IMG/VR virus record: IMGVR_UViG_3300029822_000003
Location: 1 to 64,000 of that record
Reading direction: 5' to 3' (one strand)
Origin: a virus
Length of the DNA stretch: 64,000 nt
Shown here: piece after piece, positions 9,744 to 19,499 of the stretch
Position numbering within the stretch: position 1 is the stretch's first letter
Layout: the number at the start of each line of letters is the position of its first letter
Position numbers and translations under genes: made by a program
The notes under the pieces: generated by a model
The model's input: only the letters and a program-made list of their open reading frames with translations
Database searches by the model: none
What the model was told of the DNA's origin: nothing

Positions 9744-10301
9744 TTACTCTGCATAAACTTTGGATGAAGGTGTACCATATGTGCCACCTTCTACAAGTAT
9801 TTTTTTATCTGCGTTTTCTCCTAATTTAATAGAATTACCATTTAAAATCCAATTGCCATCTTGGGTTAGCTTTGCATATGCACTTGTTCCGTCTTTACTT
9901 ATAATTAAATCTTGTGTAGCGTTAAAAGTGTTATTAAGAAAATTAATGCTTAAAGGTAAGGCTATCGCATCTTGTAAGTTATGAGTTCTTGCTGTCTTGG
10001 CATCTTTGGTCTCGCCATCTGTGACTATATTGTCCATGTCGTAATCACAAAATATCATTAAAAATATATCCCCCACTTTGGGTTGTACTTTAATTGAATA
10101 TCCTCCTATAGAAAAAAATCCTACTGGTATATTAGGAATTGGATTATATACATCTCCTGTACTTGGTTCTGTGTGTAAAGGAACTACTGTAGCTGTATTG
10201 TTAGAAGAATTATAGCTTTGTATTTGTGCTATCATCATTACATTTAAATTTTGCATTAATTGTTTGTTTATGGAGTTAAATAAATCTACTGTCCTATTCA
10301 T
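9744..10301 (-). CDS. Baseplate spike protein (Gp138/gpV-like)
   Basis: OB-fold N-terminus; PKVGD..L.IFCDYD and RTHNLQDA motifs. Confidence 0.8.
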   Translation of the reverse strand: MNRTVDLFNSINKQLMQNLNVMMIAQIQSYNSSNNTATVVPLHTEPSTGDVYNPIPNIPVGFFSIGGYSIKVQPKVGDIFLMIFCDYDMDNIVTDGETKDAKTARTHNLQDAIALPLSINFLNNTFNATQDLIISKDGTSAYAKLTQDGNWILNGNSIKLGENADKKILVEGGTYGTPSSKVYAE

Positions 10302-10313
10302 ATAATCACTTCC

Positions 10314-11108
10314 TTATATCGGAATAATCTCACATTCAGTTGTAAAGTCACTTCCATTCAAACTGTGTTGCCCCTCTGCTACAAGCATACGTCCAGAAAC
10401 TAATTTTGACTTTAAATCTAAGAAGGTATAAGGCTGTATACCGTGTGTAAGCAGGCAAGTTATTTTATATTTAGCAGGTGTATCATTTCTATCTAAAGGT
10501 TCAATACTTATTAATCCATGCTCTGCATCCATAGCAAACCCATAAGTGTAACCTGACCACCCAGGTATTACCGTTAAACTTGCACCCGTTACTATAAATA
10601 AACTTGAACAATCGTCGACCAAATCTGCAATTACATCTTGAAATGACCCATTCGCATAATATCCACGGGGATATGTAACATCTTGTTTTACAGATAATAT
10701 GTCAAATTTTAATCCCAGTAAGCTTGCCAAATCTTTCATTATATAAGTTGCCGTGGTATTGGCTTCATAACTCTTATTAACTTTCATTTTTAAATACTGG
10801 TCTGAAATATTTAAAGCTTTAATGTGAAATATTGTATCTGTTTCAGAAATGCTAGAAGTTACATCTGTTACAACACCTTCACATACAGAACCTATATCAC
10901 TCCCATATCCAGCGTTAATTGTTATACTTTGTCCCCTTTGAATTGAAGCCATGCTGTCATCACTTAAATTATATAAATCACACGTAACTTCATCTGGAAC
11001 ATTATCTGCATCAAATTTTACAGTAAATTCCATATATAGTTCTGGAAAAGTAAATATTCTATTTGCAACAATTACCTCTACCTTCCTACCCAATAAAGTT
11101 GAAGCCAT
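10314..11108 (-). CDS. Baseplate hub protein
   Basis: LYNLS...I.AGY motif; synteny. Confidence 0.75.
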   Translation of the reverse strand: MASTLLGRKVEVIVANRIFTFPELYMEFTVKFDADNVPDEVTCDLYNLSDDSMASIQRGQSITINAGYGSDIGSVCEGVVTDVTSSISETDTIFHIKALNISDQYLKMKVNKSYEANTTATYIMKDLASLLGLKFDILSVKQDVTYPRGYYANGSFQDVIADLVDDCSSLFIVTGASLTVIPGWSGYTYGFAMDAEHGLISIEPLDRNDTPAKYKITCLLTHGIQPYTFLDLKSKLVSGRMLVAEGQHSLNGSDFTTECEIIPI

Positions 11109-11447
11109 TTAAGACACCTCGCTTCGTTCCATGTAATATAAAAACACTGTATCTCCTATATTGTTCCAGCTAACACGTTCAATAGATTTATCTTCTGTGC
11201 CAACATATAAAATTTCCTCTGGAAAATTTGAATTTAAATTGTGGTTTGTATCTTCGCCTTGATTAAAAAGGAATTCACCTAAAACAAGTTTTTCGTTTTC
11301 CACTAAAACCGTATCGCCCAAACTTAAACTTGCTGTAAAAAAATCAAATAAAATATTATATTTAATTGTAATCGTGTATGTTTTACTAGATAGTATAATA
11401 TCAAATACATAAGGCACTAAATCTTTATTTATATTAATTATTCCCAT
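11109..11447 (-). CDS. Small baseplate protein
   Basis: Start taken at ATG 11447 (GGAGG RBS); synteny between Dit-like and hub genes. Confidence 0.6.
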   Translation of the reverse strand: MGIININKDLVPYVFDIILSSKTYTITIKYNILFDFFTASLSLGDTVLVENEKLVLGEFLFNQGEDTNHNLNSNFPEEILYVGTEDKSIERVSWNNIGDTVFLYYMERSEVS

Positions 11448-11457
11448 AACATACCTC

Positions 11458-12114
11458 CTAGTAAATTCCTTTAAATTTTTGTACAATGCTTTCAATTACA
11501 CTACTTGATGTAGCAGAAGAGGAAGTGGTTACAGCTTGTTTTGTTTGTTTCCCCGTTCTTGTAGGTGCTACTACCCTAGAATGTACAACATCTGAACTAC
11601 TTGTCGAACTAGAAGACAATTGGCTTTTTAAGGCTTCTATATCTGGAATGGTTATATCACTCGTCAATATATTTACAACTTCTTTTCTTGCCGTTAAAAC
11701 CTGTTGTAAATCCATCGTAAAAGCACATCCATTGCCTACATCTGCCGTGTGCTTATTTTCTAAATTAGTAATTACAAAATTCCATAAGGTTTGAATCCCG
11801 TAATATTGCCCCACTGTCCCTTGAATGCAGTACTTTCTAAGCAAGTCAAGTCGTTCTTGCGGATATTTGCCTTTACCTGTAATTATTCCAGTTATATGTA
11901 TGATTATAGGCTTATTTTGAACGTGGTCAGATACTACAGAATTATCTTCTAATGGTTTAGTTGTAACATCATTTGAATATGTATATGTTTCTTCCTCTAC
12001 TACTGTAAAAGCTACTTGCTCAAATCTTGTTAATTTACTCTCCCATGTTTTTACACCTTTTGAAATTTGAACAAGTTCGTCTCCTAATCCTGATAAATTA
12101 AATAAGTCTGCCAT
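11458..12114 (-). CDS. Dit-like tail tube initiator
   Basis: E.....VT.KPLED...VSDH....P..I.ITG motif; directly after tape measure. Confidence 0.75.
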   Translation of the reverse strand: MADLFNLSGLGDELVQISKGVKTWESKLTRFEQVAFTVVEEETYTYSNDVTTKPLEDNSVVSDHVQNKPIIIHITGIITGKGKYPQERLDLLRKYCIQGTVGQYYGIQTLWNFVITNLENKHTADVGNGCAFTMDLQQVLTARKEVVNILTSDITIPDIEALKSQLSSSSTSSSDVVHSRVVAPTRTGKQTKQAVTTSSSATSSSVIESIVQKFKGIY

Positions 12115-12125
12115 GATATCACCTC

Positions 12126-15100
12126 CTAACTAGTAAGCCCCATTTGAAGTTTTACGGTTGCCATTTTATCGTCGAACAAGTTACCGAAATTCTGTTTTAT
12201 AACTTTCAGTACTTCTTGTGCCGTAGCTTTTGGGTCTTTAGATTCGTATATTTGTATATTTATACTTGGGTTAGTTTCGGATTTTATAGTAGTATTACCA
12301 CCAGCATATGGCTGTTGAGTTATAGAAGACATTTCATTATTTGGGGTAACTCTTTCGCCACCCTTCATCCATACAAGCTCCGGACCTTTTTCTCCTACAA
12401 GATGTACACCAGGTGTAGCATTATTTGTGCCAGTTGCATAACCCATATATGGTCCACCATTAGACATACTTCTTATTCCTGGTGTATTATAAGGAGTTCC
12501 ATATTGCGCTTCAATTAATCTTATGGCTGCGGCCGCGTTATCTATAGGGTTAAACATATCAGTCATTCCTGGTAAATGGTATTCATCCATATTTGCTTGT
12601 ATTAATTGCATTAATCCCATAGAAGGGTGTCCCTCTATAGCGTTTATATCATAAGTGTTTATGTTCATAGGGTCTCCACCAGATTCACCCATAGCAATTT
12701 GTTCTAGTGCTGGTAGCCAACTCATTGGTGCGCCTGTTAGTGCTATGGCTGCCATTAACCATTCTTCTACATTTCCACTTACAGCTCCACCACTAAACAA
12801 ACTTCCTAAGCCGTTATGTACTAAGTTATAAACCATACTTATAATGCCTTTATTGTCTCCTTTAGCAAACATAGGTTGTAGTATCGAGCCTATTGCTGTA
12901 CCTAAACCATTTTGGGTTAGTGAACTTGTATCTCCTATCCATTTAGTGATGAAGCTATTTATGTCATTAGATTGTAGTCCATTCATAAGTCCTTGGCCTA
13001 AGAAATCACCTATTTTATACATAACTTTACTTGGACTTGCTATGCCAAAAGTTGTTTTAAATTGCTCTACTACTTTAGTTGCTAAATCATTTACTATTGT
13101 GATTAAATTTCCTTCACTATCTTTTACACCTTGGCCTAGTTCTGTAATCATCTCGGTTCCATACGTAAGCCCAGACTGTGCCAAAGTGTTCATTATAGCT
13201 TGATTATCTGTAGATACTTTTGTAGTTGCTGTAGTTGCCACAGGTTCTCTTTCTAACAATGCTGTAGAGAAATTTTTAACAGAGTTTTGGCCGTATAAAG
13301 TATGCTGGTTTACATAATCTTCAACTAAAACTTTATTACCTGCTATTACTTTCTTTGTTGAATTGTTAAGTGCATTTTGATTAGATGCTACACCGTTTCC
13401 TGCTTTTGTATTTGCTCCGCTTAACATTTGGCTTGTTTGTTGTGCTGGAATAATTTGTGAACCTGTTGGCAAGTTTACTATTTCTGCTCCTTTTTCACCT
13501 ACGAGGGATAAGCCGCCTTGAAAATAATTTGTCCCTGTTGCATTTTTGGGTAACCAATCAAGAACGTTAGTTGCCTTAGTACTCGTATTAGTATAAGATT
13601 TTATTCCAGGTACTGATTTTAATAAATTGGCGGTATTGCTGCTAGTTGATGTGCTACCTGTCATTTTTTGTATTTGGTCAGGTGACATTCCCAGACTTTG
13701 TGCCATTTTTACATCATCAGAATTAATTTTTATATCAGATATTTTTCCTATATTAACTCCCGGCAATTTATCTAAAATTGTTATTAAACTATTAATCTTA
13801 TCAATTATAGGATTCACAAATTCCATTGTAGTTTCTTTTATATTGAGCCATGTATTAGCCCATGCACCTTTAACGGTTTGACATTCTATAACTACATAAG
13901 CAATAGCGGCAGCAACTAATCCTATTGCCAATGCTACCGGTGCAGTTACAAATTCTATAGCAGCAAAACCTACAGCCGTACCTATAAGCAATGCCCCTAG
14001 TCCTGTATTTCCTTTTTTTATTTCTATAAAAGCTAACCCCAGAGCTTCAATTGTAGCTGCCTGGCCTAAATGCTTATTAATAAGCTGAAATCCACTAGCA
14101 GTTTGTATTAATAATTCTCCTAACCCTGTATTTCCTTGCTGTATCTCTAAAAATGCACCAGCAACTAATCCTATACTTGTATTAGTAAGAGCTTTAAGTC
14201 CTTTGCTTGCAGCTACCATTCCAGCCCCAGTTGCTACTAGCAAGTCTCCCAATCCTTTGTTGCCGTTGTGTATTTCTGTGAACCCACTCGCAATTAATCC
14301 AATACCCCCAGCCATTTCCACCGTAGGTAAGGCTTTTTTTAATCCTCCAAGGGCTGTAATTGCTTCTTCTATTTTCATGGCACCTTTTAAAGCTAAAAAT
14401 GCAGTTGCTACACCCACAACAGTTGAAGAAACGCCATCCCAGTTTTGTTTTATTCCACTGCCGACACGTACTGCTGTATCTAACACCTTACCTATTTCGG
14501 ATGAAATAGCAGGCATATTTTTATTTACAGATACTATAAATTCTTTTAAAGAATAGCCTAATTCTGTTTTATCTATGTTAGTTATAAATGCGTTTTGAAC
14601 ATTAATTTTAAATTTTTCAAAAGCTTTTCCTAGTGTATCATTCATAGTTATAGCCATATTTTGAGCCGCACCATCACTATTTTTTAAACTGTTAGTTTCA
14701 TCATCTATTGCTTGCTTACTTGTTTGCAGTAATGCTGACACTGGTGTTAATGCTTGCTGACCAAATATGGTAGCTAATGCATTTTCTTTTTGAGCAGAGT
14801 TTAATCCTCCTAATGATTTTTGTAAATCGCCGACCAATGTCCCTATATCTTTCATTTTATGAGTAGTCGGGTCTATAGCTTGGAATCCTAATGCTTGCAT
14901 TTCTTTTGACGCATCTTTGGTTGGCTTTATTAACCTACTAAACATTTCTCTTAATCCAGTTCCGGCCTTACTTCCAAGTACGCCTTTGTCTCCAAGCAAC
15001 CCAATCGCTGCCGAGACATTTTCTAAAGACCACCCAGCTTGACCAGCTATAGGAGATATGTAAGACATTGCAGTTGTCATATTTGATACATCTGCCGCAG

Positions 15101-16073
15101 TATCCGCAGCTGCTTTAGCATACACATTCGCTACGTGCGGTGCGTCCGACATTTGCAGATTATAGTTCCTTATTGCAGAGGTAAGGTCTAACGTGGCATC
15201 TTTCATTTTTATATTTCCATCTACAGCTATTAAAATAGATGGCTGTAATGTATCCATTATTTGTTTAGCATTAAGTCCATGTGAAGCGAGGTCTTGCATC
15301 CCACTCCCTATGTCTTTTGCACTTATAGCCCATTTAGAACTTAAAGAAATAGCGTCGTTGGATAATTTGGTTAAATCACCATTTGTAACTTGCCCTAAAG
15401 TTGCATGGACATTTGCCATTTCTTGTTGAAAGTCTGAAAATGAAGTAATGGCAGATTTAATTCCGGAAGCTATTCCATATCCTATGCCTATAAATCCAAA
15501 AGCACCCAAAGCACTTCCGATGCCACTGGAAACTTTGTTTACAGCACTAAGAGAATCTTTTAATTCATTTGTTTTAGTGACACTTTTTTCTATATTGCTT
15601 GCTGTTTCGTTTGCAGAACTAGCAAGTTTGTCTTCATTCTCTGTAGAACTATATATTTCGTCATTAAGTTTCTGCTGGTCTTCTGCATATTGGCTTAATG
15701 GTTTTTGAAGTTCTACGGCTCTATTATTTAATTCTTGCATTGAATTTGAGCTTTCATCTATTTTTGCATTGTAATCATCTACATATTTTCCCACCATTTC
15801 TTCAAGCCTTTGTTGACGTTCTGTAGAAGTATTTAATTCATTTGTGCTAGTTGTAGCATTTTTCAAAGAATTGCTTAAATTATCTACGCTTATATTACTT
15901 GAAGATTTGGATAATTCACTCATAGAGGTGCCTATTTTACTTATTGTACTTTCTAAAGAGCTAACCTTATTATTTAAAAGTGTTCCAAAACTGTTTATTA
16001 GTTCTACTGATTTAGAAAGCCCACTTTCATCTACATTGTAGTTAATTTCATATGTTAAATCTTGTAATGACAT
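12126..16073 (-). CDS. Tape measure protein with C-terminal lytic transglycosylase (SLT) domain
   Basis: 1315 aa; TP901-type core (GSKAGTGLR); hydrophobic repeats; ESGG...GLMQ...NPIDN SLT motifs. Confidence 0.93.
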   Translation of the reverse strand: MSLQDLTYEINYNVDESGLSKSVELINSFGTLLNNKVSSLESTISKIGTSMSELSKSSSNISVDNLSNSLKNATTSTNELNTSTERQQRLEEMVGKYVDDYNAKIDESSNSMQELNNRAVELQKPLSQYAEDQQKLNDEIYSSTENEDKLASSANETASNIEKSVTKTNELKDSLSAVNKVSSGIGSALGAFGFIGIGYGIASGIKSAITSFSDFQQEMANVHATLGQVTNGDLTKLSNDAISLSSKWAISAKDIGSGMQDLASHGLNAKQIMDTLQPSILIAVDGNIKMKDATLDLTSAIRNYNLQMSDAPHVANVYAKAAADTAADVSNMTTAMSYISPIAGQAGWSLENVSAAIGLLGDKGVLGSKAGTGLREMFSRLIKPTKDASKEMQALGFQAIDPTTHKMKDIGTLVGDLQKSLGGLNSAQKENALATIFGQQALTPVSALLQTSKQAIDDETNSLKNSDGAAQNMAITMNDTLGKAFEKFKINVQNAFITNIDKTELGYSLKEFIVSVNKNMPAISSEIGKVLDTAVRVGSGIKQNWDGVSSTVVGVATAFLALKGAMKIEEAITALGGLKKALPTVEMAGGIGLIASGFTEIHNGNKGLGDLLVATGAGMVAASKGLKALTNTSIGLVAGAFLEIQQGNTGLGELLIQTASGFQLINKHLGQAATIEALGLAFIEIKKGNTGLGALLIGTAVGFAAIEFVTAPVALAIGLVAAAIAYVVIECQTVKGAWANTWLNIKETTMEFVNPIIDKINSLITILDKLPGVNIGKISDIKINSDDVKMAQSLGMSPDQIQKMTGSTSTSSNTANLLKSVPGIKSYTNTSTKATNVLDWLPKNATGTNYFQGGLSLVGEKGAEIVNLPTGSQIIPAQQTSQMLSGANTKAGNGVASNQNALNNSTKKVIAGNKVLVEDYVNQHTLYGQNSVKNFSTALLEREPVATTATTKVSTDNQAIMNTLAQSGLTYGTEMITELGQGVKDSEGNLITIVNDLATKVVEQFKTTFGIASPSKVMYKIGDFLGQGLMNGLQSNDINSFITKWIGDTSSLTQNGLGTAIGSILQPMFAKGDNKGIISMVYNLVHNGLGSLFSGGAVSGNVEEWLMAAIALTGAPMSWLPALEQIAMGESGGDPMNINTYDINAIEGHPSMGLMQLIQANMDEYHLPGMTDMFNPIDNAAAAIRLIEAQYGTPYNTPGIRSMSNGGPYMGYATGTNNATPGVHLVGEKGPELVWMKGGERVTPNNEMSSITQQPYAGGNTTIKSETNPSINIQIYESKDPKATAQEVLKVIKQNFGNLFDDKMATVKLQMGLTS

Positions 16074-16085
16074 ATTTTTACACCT

Positions 16086-16245
16086 CCGTTGCCAAAACCT
16101 TATAAAACTCTATAAAGCTTGTTTAATTCCCTGTTCCTCGTGTCCGATTTTGTAATCCTAAAACACTACTTTCGTTTATATAACACTCCAAGGGCTTAAA
16201 TTCCCATACAACGCATGGTACATATTAGTAGTATCTTTTAAGTGA
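16086..16245 (-). ncRNA. IS607-type omegaRNA / right end downstream of tnpB
   Basis: About 160 nt non-coding tract after tnpB (ATGTACCATGCGTTGTATGGGAATTTAAGCCCTTGGAG...) ending TTTTGGCAACGG. Confidence 0.65.
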
Positions 16246-17370
16246 TTAGTCTACTAATTCATATCTTGATAGATTGATACTTGCATTATAATCTCTATCT
16301 ATAACACAACCACATTCCTCACATATATATGTCCTTTCGGATAGTGAAAGCTTTGACTTTATATGTCCACACTCACTGCAAGTCTTTGATGAAGGATACC
16401 ATCTATCTGCTTCTACAAATTCAATACCATTGAACTCACATTTATATTGCATTTGTCTTTTAAACTCATACAAACATTGTTTTGCTATTGCTTTTGCTAA
16501 ATATCGGTTCTTCATCATTCCTTTAATATTAAGTGTTTCCATAACAACTCTCGATGGCTTGGTTTTCACTATCTTATTCGTTGCTTGGTGAATATGATTA
16601 CTTCTTATATTTGCTAATTTTCTATGAAGTAATTTAATCTGCTTTTCGAGTTTTATAATATTACTTGTTTTGGCGAACTTTCCTTCTTTTTTATTTTTTA
16701 GGTATTTGCGAGATACCCTACGTTGTAATCTGCGTAGCTTTTTTTCGTGTTTTTTTACAGTTCTTGTTTTATTAATATTTTTAAAAATCATTCCATTGGA
16801 ACAAATTGCTAAATTCTTGATGCCGACATCTATTCCTATACTTTCTCCTGTTAGTTCTACTGTTGGTTGCTCTTTTTCTATGCCTACTGCTATAAACCAA
16901 TACTTACCGTCAAAACTTATTCTTGGGTTGCTATATTTATAGTTAATAGGAATAGCGTTCCTTTTAATGTTTACCCAACCTACTTTTTCAATTAACACCC
17001 CATTGTCTTTAACTTTTAGTTTTACATTGTCATTATAAAATGATGGTTTAGATTTCTTCCTACTTTTAAATCTAGGTTTATCAGCAATTCCTTTAAAAGA
17101 TCTTTTATAGGCATTGCAGGCATCTTTTACAGCTTGTTTTGCTACATTGTTAGATACTTCATTAAGCCATTGATATTGTCCTGGTTTCTTCAATTGAGTT
17201 ATTTCTTTTCTTAACTCATTATCTGATATAAACTTTCCACTATTTTTATAATTCTCTTCTTGTCTTGCTAAAGTCCGGTTATAGATGAATCTAGCAGTGC
17301 CTACCGATTGCCAAAGCTTTTGTTCTTGAACTTCTGTTGGATATAGCCTAACTTTATTTGCTAGTATCAT
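16246..17370 (-). CDS. tnpB: TnpB RNA-guided nuclease (IS607-like, no tnpA nearby)
   Basis: KVRLYPT..Q N-terminus; intact RuvC D/E/D (GIDVG, METL, DRDYNA); CSEC..CEEC; start at ATG 17370 with GAGG RBS. Confidence 0.92.
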   Translation of the reverse strand: MILANKVRLYPTEVQEQKLWQSVGTARFIYNRTLARQEENYKNSGKFISDNELRKEITQLKKPGQYQWLNEVSNNVAKQAVKDACNAYKRSFKGIADKPRFKSRKKSKPSFYNDNVKLKVKDNGVLIEKVGWVNIKRNAIPINYKYSNPRISFDGKYWFIAVGIEKEQPTVELTGESIGIDVGIKNLAICSNGMIFKNINKTRTVKKHEKKLRRLQRRVSRKYLKNKKEGKFAKTSNIIKLEKQIKLLHRKLANIRSNHIHQATNKIVKTKPSRVVMETLNIKGMMKNRYLAKAIAKQCLYEFKRQMQYKCEFNGIEFVEADRWYPSSKTCSECGHIKSKLSLSERTYICEECGCVIDRDYNASINLSRYELVD

Positions 17371-17395
17371 ATTTCTCGCCTCACTTTCTAATACT

Positions 17396-17447
17396 ATTAT
17401 ACCACTATGTCCAAGGACTTGCAAGGACTGATTTTATATATTATAAT
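17396..17447. promoter_or_regulatory. Divergent sigmaA promoters sharing one palindromic -35
   Basis: TTGCAA at 17419-17424 with TATAAT 17 bp away on each strand (17396-17401 minus, 17442-17447 plus). Confidence 0.75.
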
Positions 17448-17464
17448 AAATCTGAGGTGATAAA

Positions 17465-17623
17465 ATGGCTAATAAAGATTTAAAAAATAGAACTCCTTTT
17501 TCAAATGCAGTTAATACCGAGTTACTTAATAAGCTAAAAGATTATTCTAAAGAAACAGGAATACCAATTTCAAAACTACTGGATAAAGCAATAGAGTTGT
17601 TCTTGAAGTCTACTAAAAAATAG
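17465..17623 (+). CDS. Ribbon-helix-helix protein (52 aa; not in ORF track)
   Basis: MANKDLKNRTPFSNAVNTELLNKLKDYSKETGIPISKLLDKAIELFLKSTKK; GAGGTG RBS. Confidence 0.8.
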   Translation: MANKDLKNRTPFSNAVNTELLNKLKDYSKETGIPISKLLDKAIELFLKSTKK

Positions 17624-17850
17624 TATGCGTCAAGAACTTCTTATAATTTTTGTTTAACAGTTTACTCCTCTACTTACATTTTATTACAGCTAATTTTTTT
17701 GTGCTGATTTGAATAAAAAAGCAATAATAATGAGGTTTTAACTTGACTTTCCTTTTAAAAAGTTAGATAATGTAACAAATAGAAGCACGAAAAATATTGC
17801 ATATATTACCATAAATTGTATAATTAAAATTAGAATATAGTTTATGATTT

Positions 17851-18105
17851 ATGGGGGATTGTAATATGAATAAAAAAGATAAAGATATTCAAAATGTGGA
17901 CAAGGCTAATGAGGAAAAGCGAAAAATTAAAGGGGATGGTAAAATGGAAAATACTATTGAAAAAGAAGAACGACCATGCACCATTACGGAATCTTTAAAA
18001 CAATCTTTAAAAGAAATGAAATTAATACGCCAAGGTAAAATGGAAGAAAGAAATTTGGATAATTTCCTAAAACAATTAGAAAAAGAAATACGTGATGAAA
18101 AATAA
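17851..18105 (+). CDS. Putative antitoxin (start possibly 17944)
   Basis: Small ORF overlapping the downstream RelE-like gene; paralog of 52494-52772. Confidence 0.55.
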   Translation: MGDCNMNKKDKDIQNVDKANEEKRKIKGDGKMENTIEKEERPCTITESLKQSLKEMKLIRQGKMEERNLDNFLKQLEKEIRDEK

Positions 18106-18472
18106 CTTTCATATGACGCATAATGTAACCAATACTAAACAATTTGAAAAAGATTTAAGATTCTATGTGAAAAAGAAAAAGTGCTATAAGTTAATAGAAG
18201 AAATTAGAAACCTAAAACACGATTTAGAAAATGGCATATTTTATGGGGAAATAATAAACGATGTCGGATTGCCCAAAGGTGAAGCTTGCTATAAATTAAG
18301 ACTAGAAGATAAAGACCATGGGATAGGAAAACGTGGAGGGTTTAGAATAATTTATTATTGCGTTGCGAATGATAAGAAAGTTTTTCTTTTGTCGGTTTAT
18401 TCTAAAAAGGATAAAAATAATATTTTGCCTAACGAAATTAATGATTTAATAAATAAATATTGTTTAGATTAA
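18092..18472 (+). CDS. RelE/HigB-family toxin
   Basis: YKLRL...GKRGGFRIIYY...VFLLSVYSKKDK signature. Confidence 0.8.
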   Translation: MMKNNFHMTHNVTNTKQFEKDLRFYVKKKKCYKLIEEIRNLKHDLENGIFYGEIINDVGLPKGEACYKLRLEDKDHGIGKRGGFRIIYYCVANDKKVFLLSVYSKKDKNNILPNEINDLINKYCLD

Positions 18473-18507
18473 AACAAGCTCCTGATTATTTATCAAGAGC
18501 TTGTTTT
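18471..18507. terminator. Bidirectional intrinsic terminator
   Basis: AAAACAAGCTC...GAGCTTGTTTT. Confidence 0.7.
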
Positions 18508-18584
18508 ATTATAATTAAATTCCTCGCCAAACTATGGAATTATAGGTAAAACGTGCTATAATAAAATCAAAAGGAGAGTATATC

Positions 18585-19487
18585 ATGGAAAAGTTTTACA
18601 ATAAAGATTGGTTTATGTGGCTTATGTTTGCGGTATGTGCTCCAATAGGAATATTTTTAATGTGGAAAAATAAAAGGTATCATATAATATCTAGGATAAT
18701 AGTTTCAATTCTTTACTTGCTTTTATTTTTATTAGAATATTGTCAAATTGGGAGCGAATATTCTGGATTAAGTGTAATATTAAGATATTTGGGTGAGATA
18801 ATTTTCTTTGCTATAATTCCCTATATCTTAGTACATTTAGGGTCAATATACGATAAACTATCAAATATTTATGGGAAGTACCAATTAAGTACAAATAAGA
18901 TGGCAAGAATGCCTAAGCCTATAGTAAAGATATATAGGAGAATATATAAATACTTTCAAAGCCTACACGTAAAAAGAGAAATTGAGATTAAGAAAGTACA
19001 AGAAACGGAGAACAAAAAACAAGAAGCTTTTAATTTTTATAGACAAGGCAGATATTTGCCTATAATACAATGTTCTATAATTCTCCATAAAGAAGAATTA
19101 TGTCATTTAGTTTGCAATGCTGAAAGATATGAAGTTAAGGAAAGAACCATGGGATATTCTAGCGGTTATGGTGGGGTATCTTTTCGAGTAGCTAAAGGTG
19201 TATCCTTACACACTGGTAGAAGTAGAGGACGTTCAATTAAAGGAAATGTAAGCTATAAGTATTCAGGAAATTTATATATCACAAATAAAAGAATAATTTT
19301 TACAGGTTCAAATAAAAACTTTAGTATAGACGTGTCAAAATTATTAGAATATAAGTTATATAAAGATGGGGTTATGTTCAACACAAACAGAATGTCATAT
19401 ACTGTTCTAGTAGAAAACATTGAATATGTTGGGGCTATTTTACAAGGAATAATAAACAATTTTTCAAGAAGTCAATACGCTTTATAG
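18585..19487 (+). CDS. Membrane protein with C-terminal PH-like domain (moron)
   Basis: N-terminal TM helices; GVSFRVAKGV and GNLYITNKRIIF motifs; transcribed opposite to the lytic genes. Confidence 0.7.
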   Translation: MEKFYNKDWFMWLMFAVCAPIGIFLMWKNKRYHIISRIIVSILYLLLFLLEYCQIGSEYSGLSVILRYLGEIIFFAIIPYILVHLGSIYDKLSNIYGKYQLSTNKMARMPKPIVKIYRRIYKYFQSLHVKREIEIKKVQETENKKQEAFNFYRQGRYLPIIQCSIILHKEELCHLVCNAERYEVKERTMGYSSGYGGVSFRVAKGVSLHTGRSRGRSIKGNVSYKYSGNLYITNKRIIFTGSNKNFSIDVSKLLEYKLYKDGVMFNTNRMSYTVLVENIEYVGAILQGIINNFSRSQYAL

Positions 19488-19499
19488 GGGGATATTAAA

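Noticed and set aside
16086-17760. IStron (group I intron plus IS607 tnpB)
   Set aside because: Upstream of tnpB are a divergent promoter and an RHH gene, with no room or motifs for a group I intron core
18530-18547. Target of the first TnpB guide (AACTTATGGGAATTGTAGG versus AACTATGGAATTATAGG)
   Set aside because: Needs two indels and a mismatch in AT-rich DNA; not a credible target
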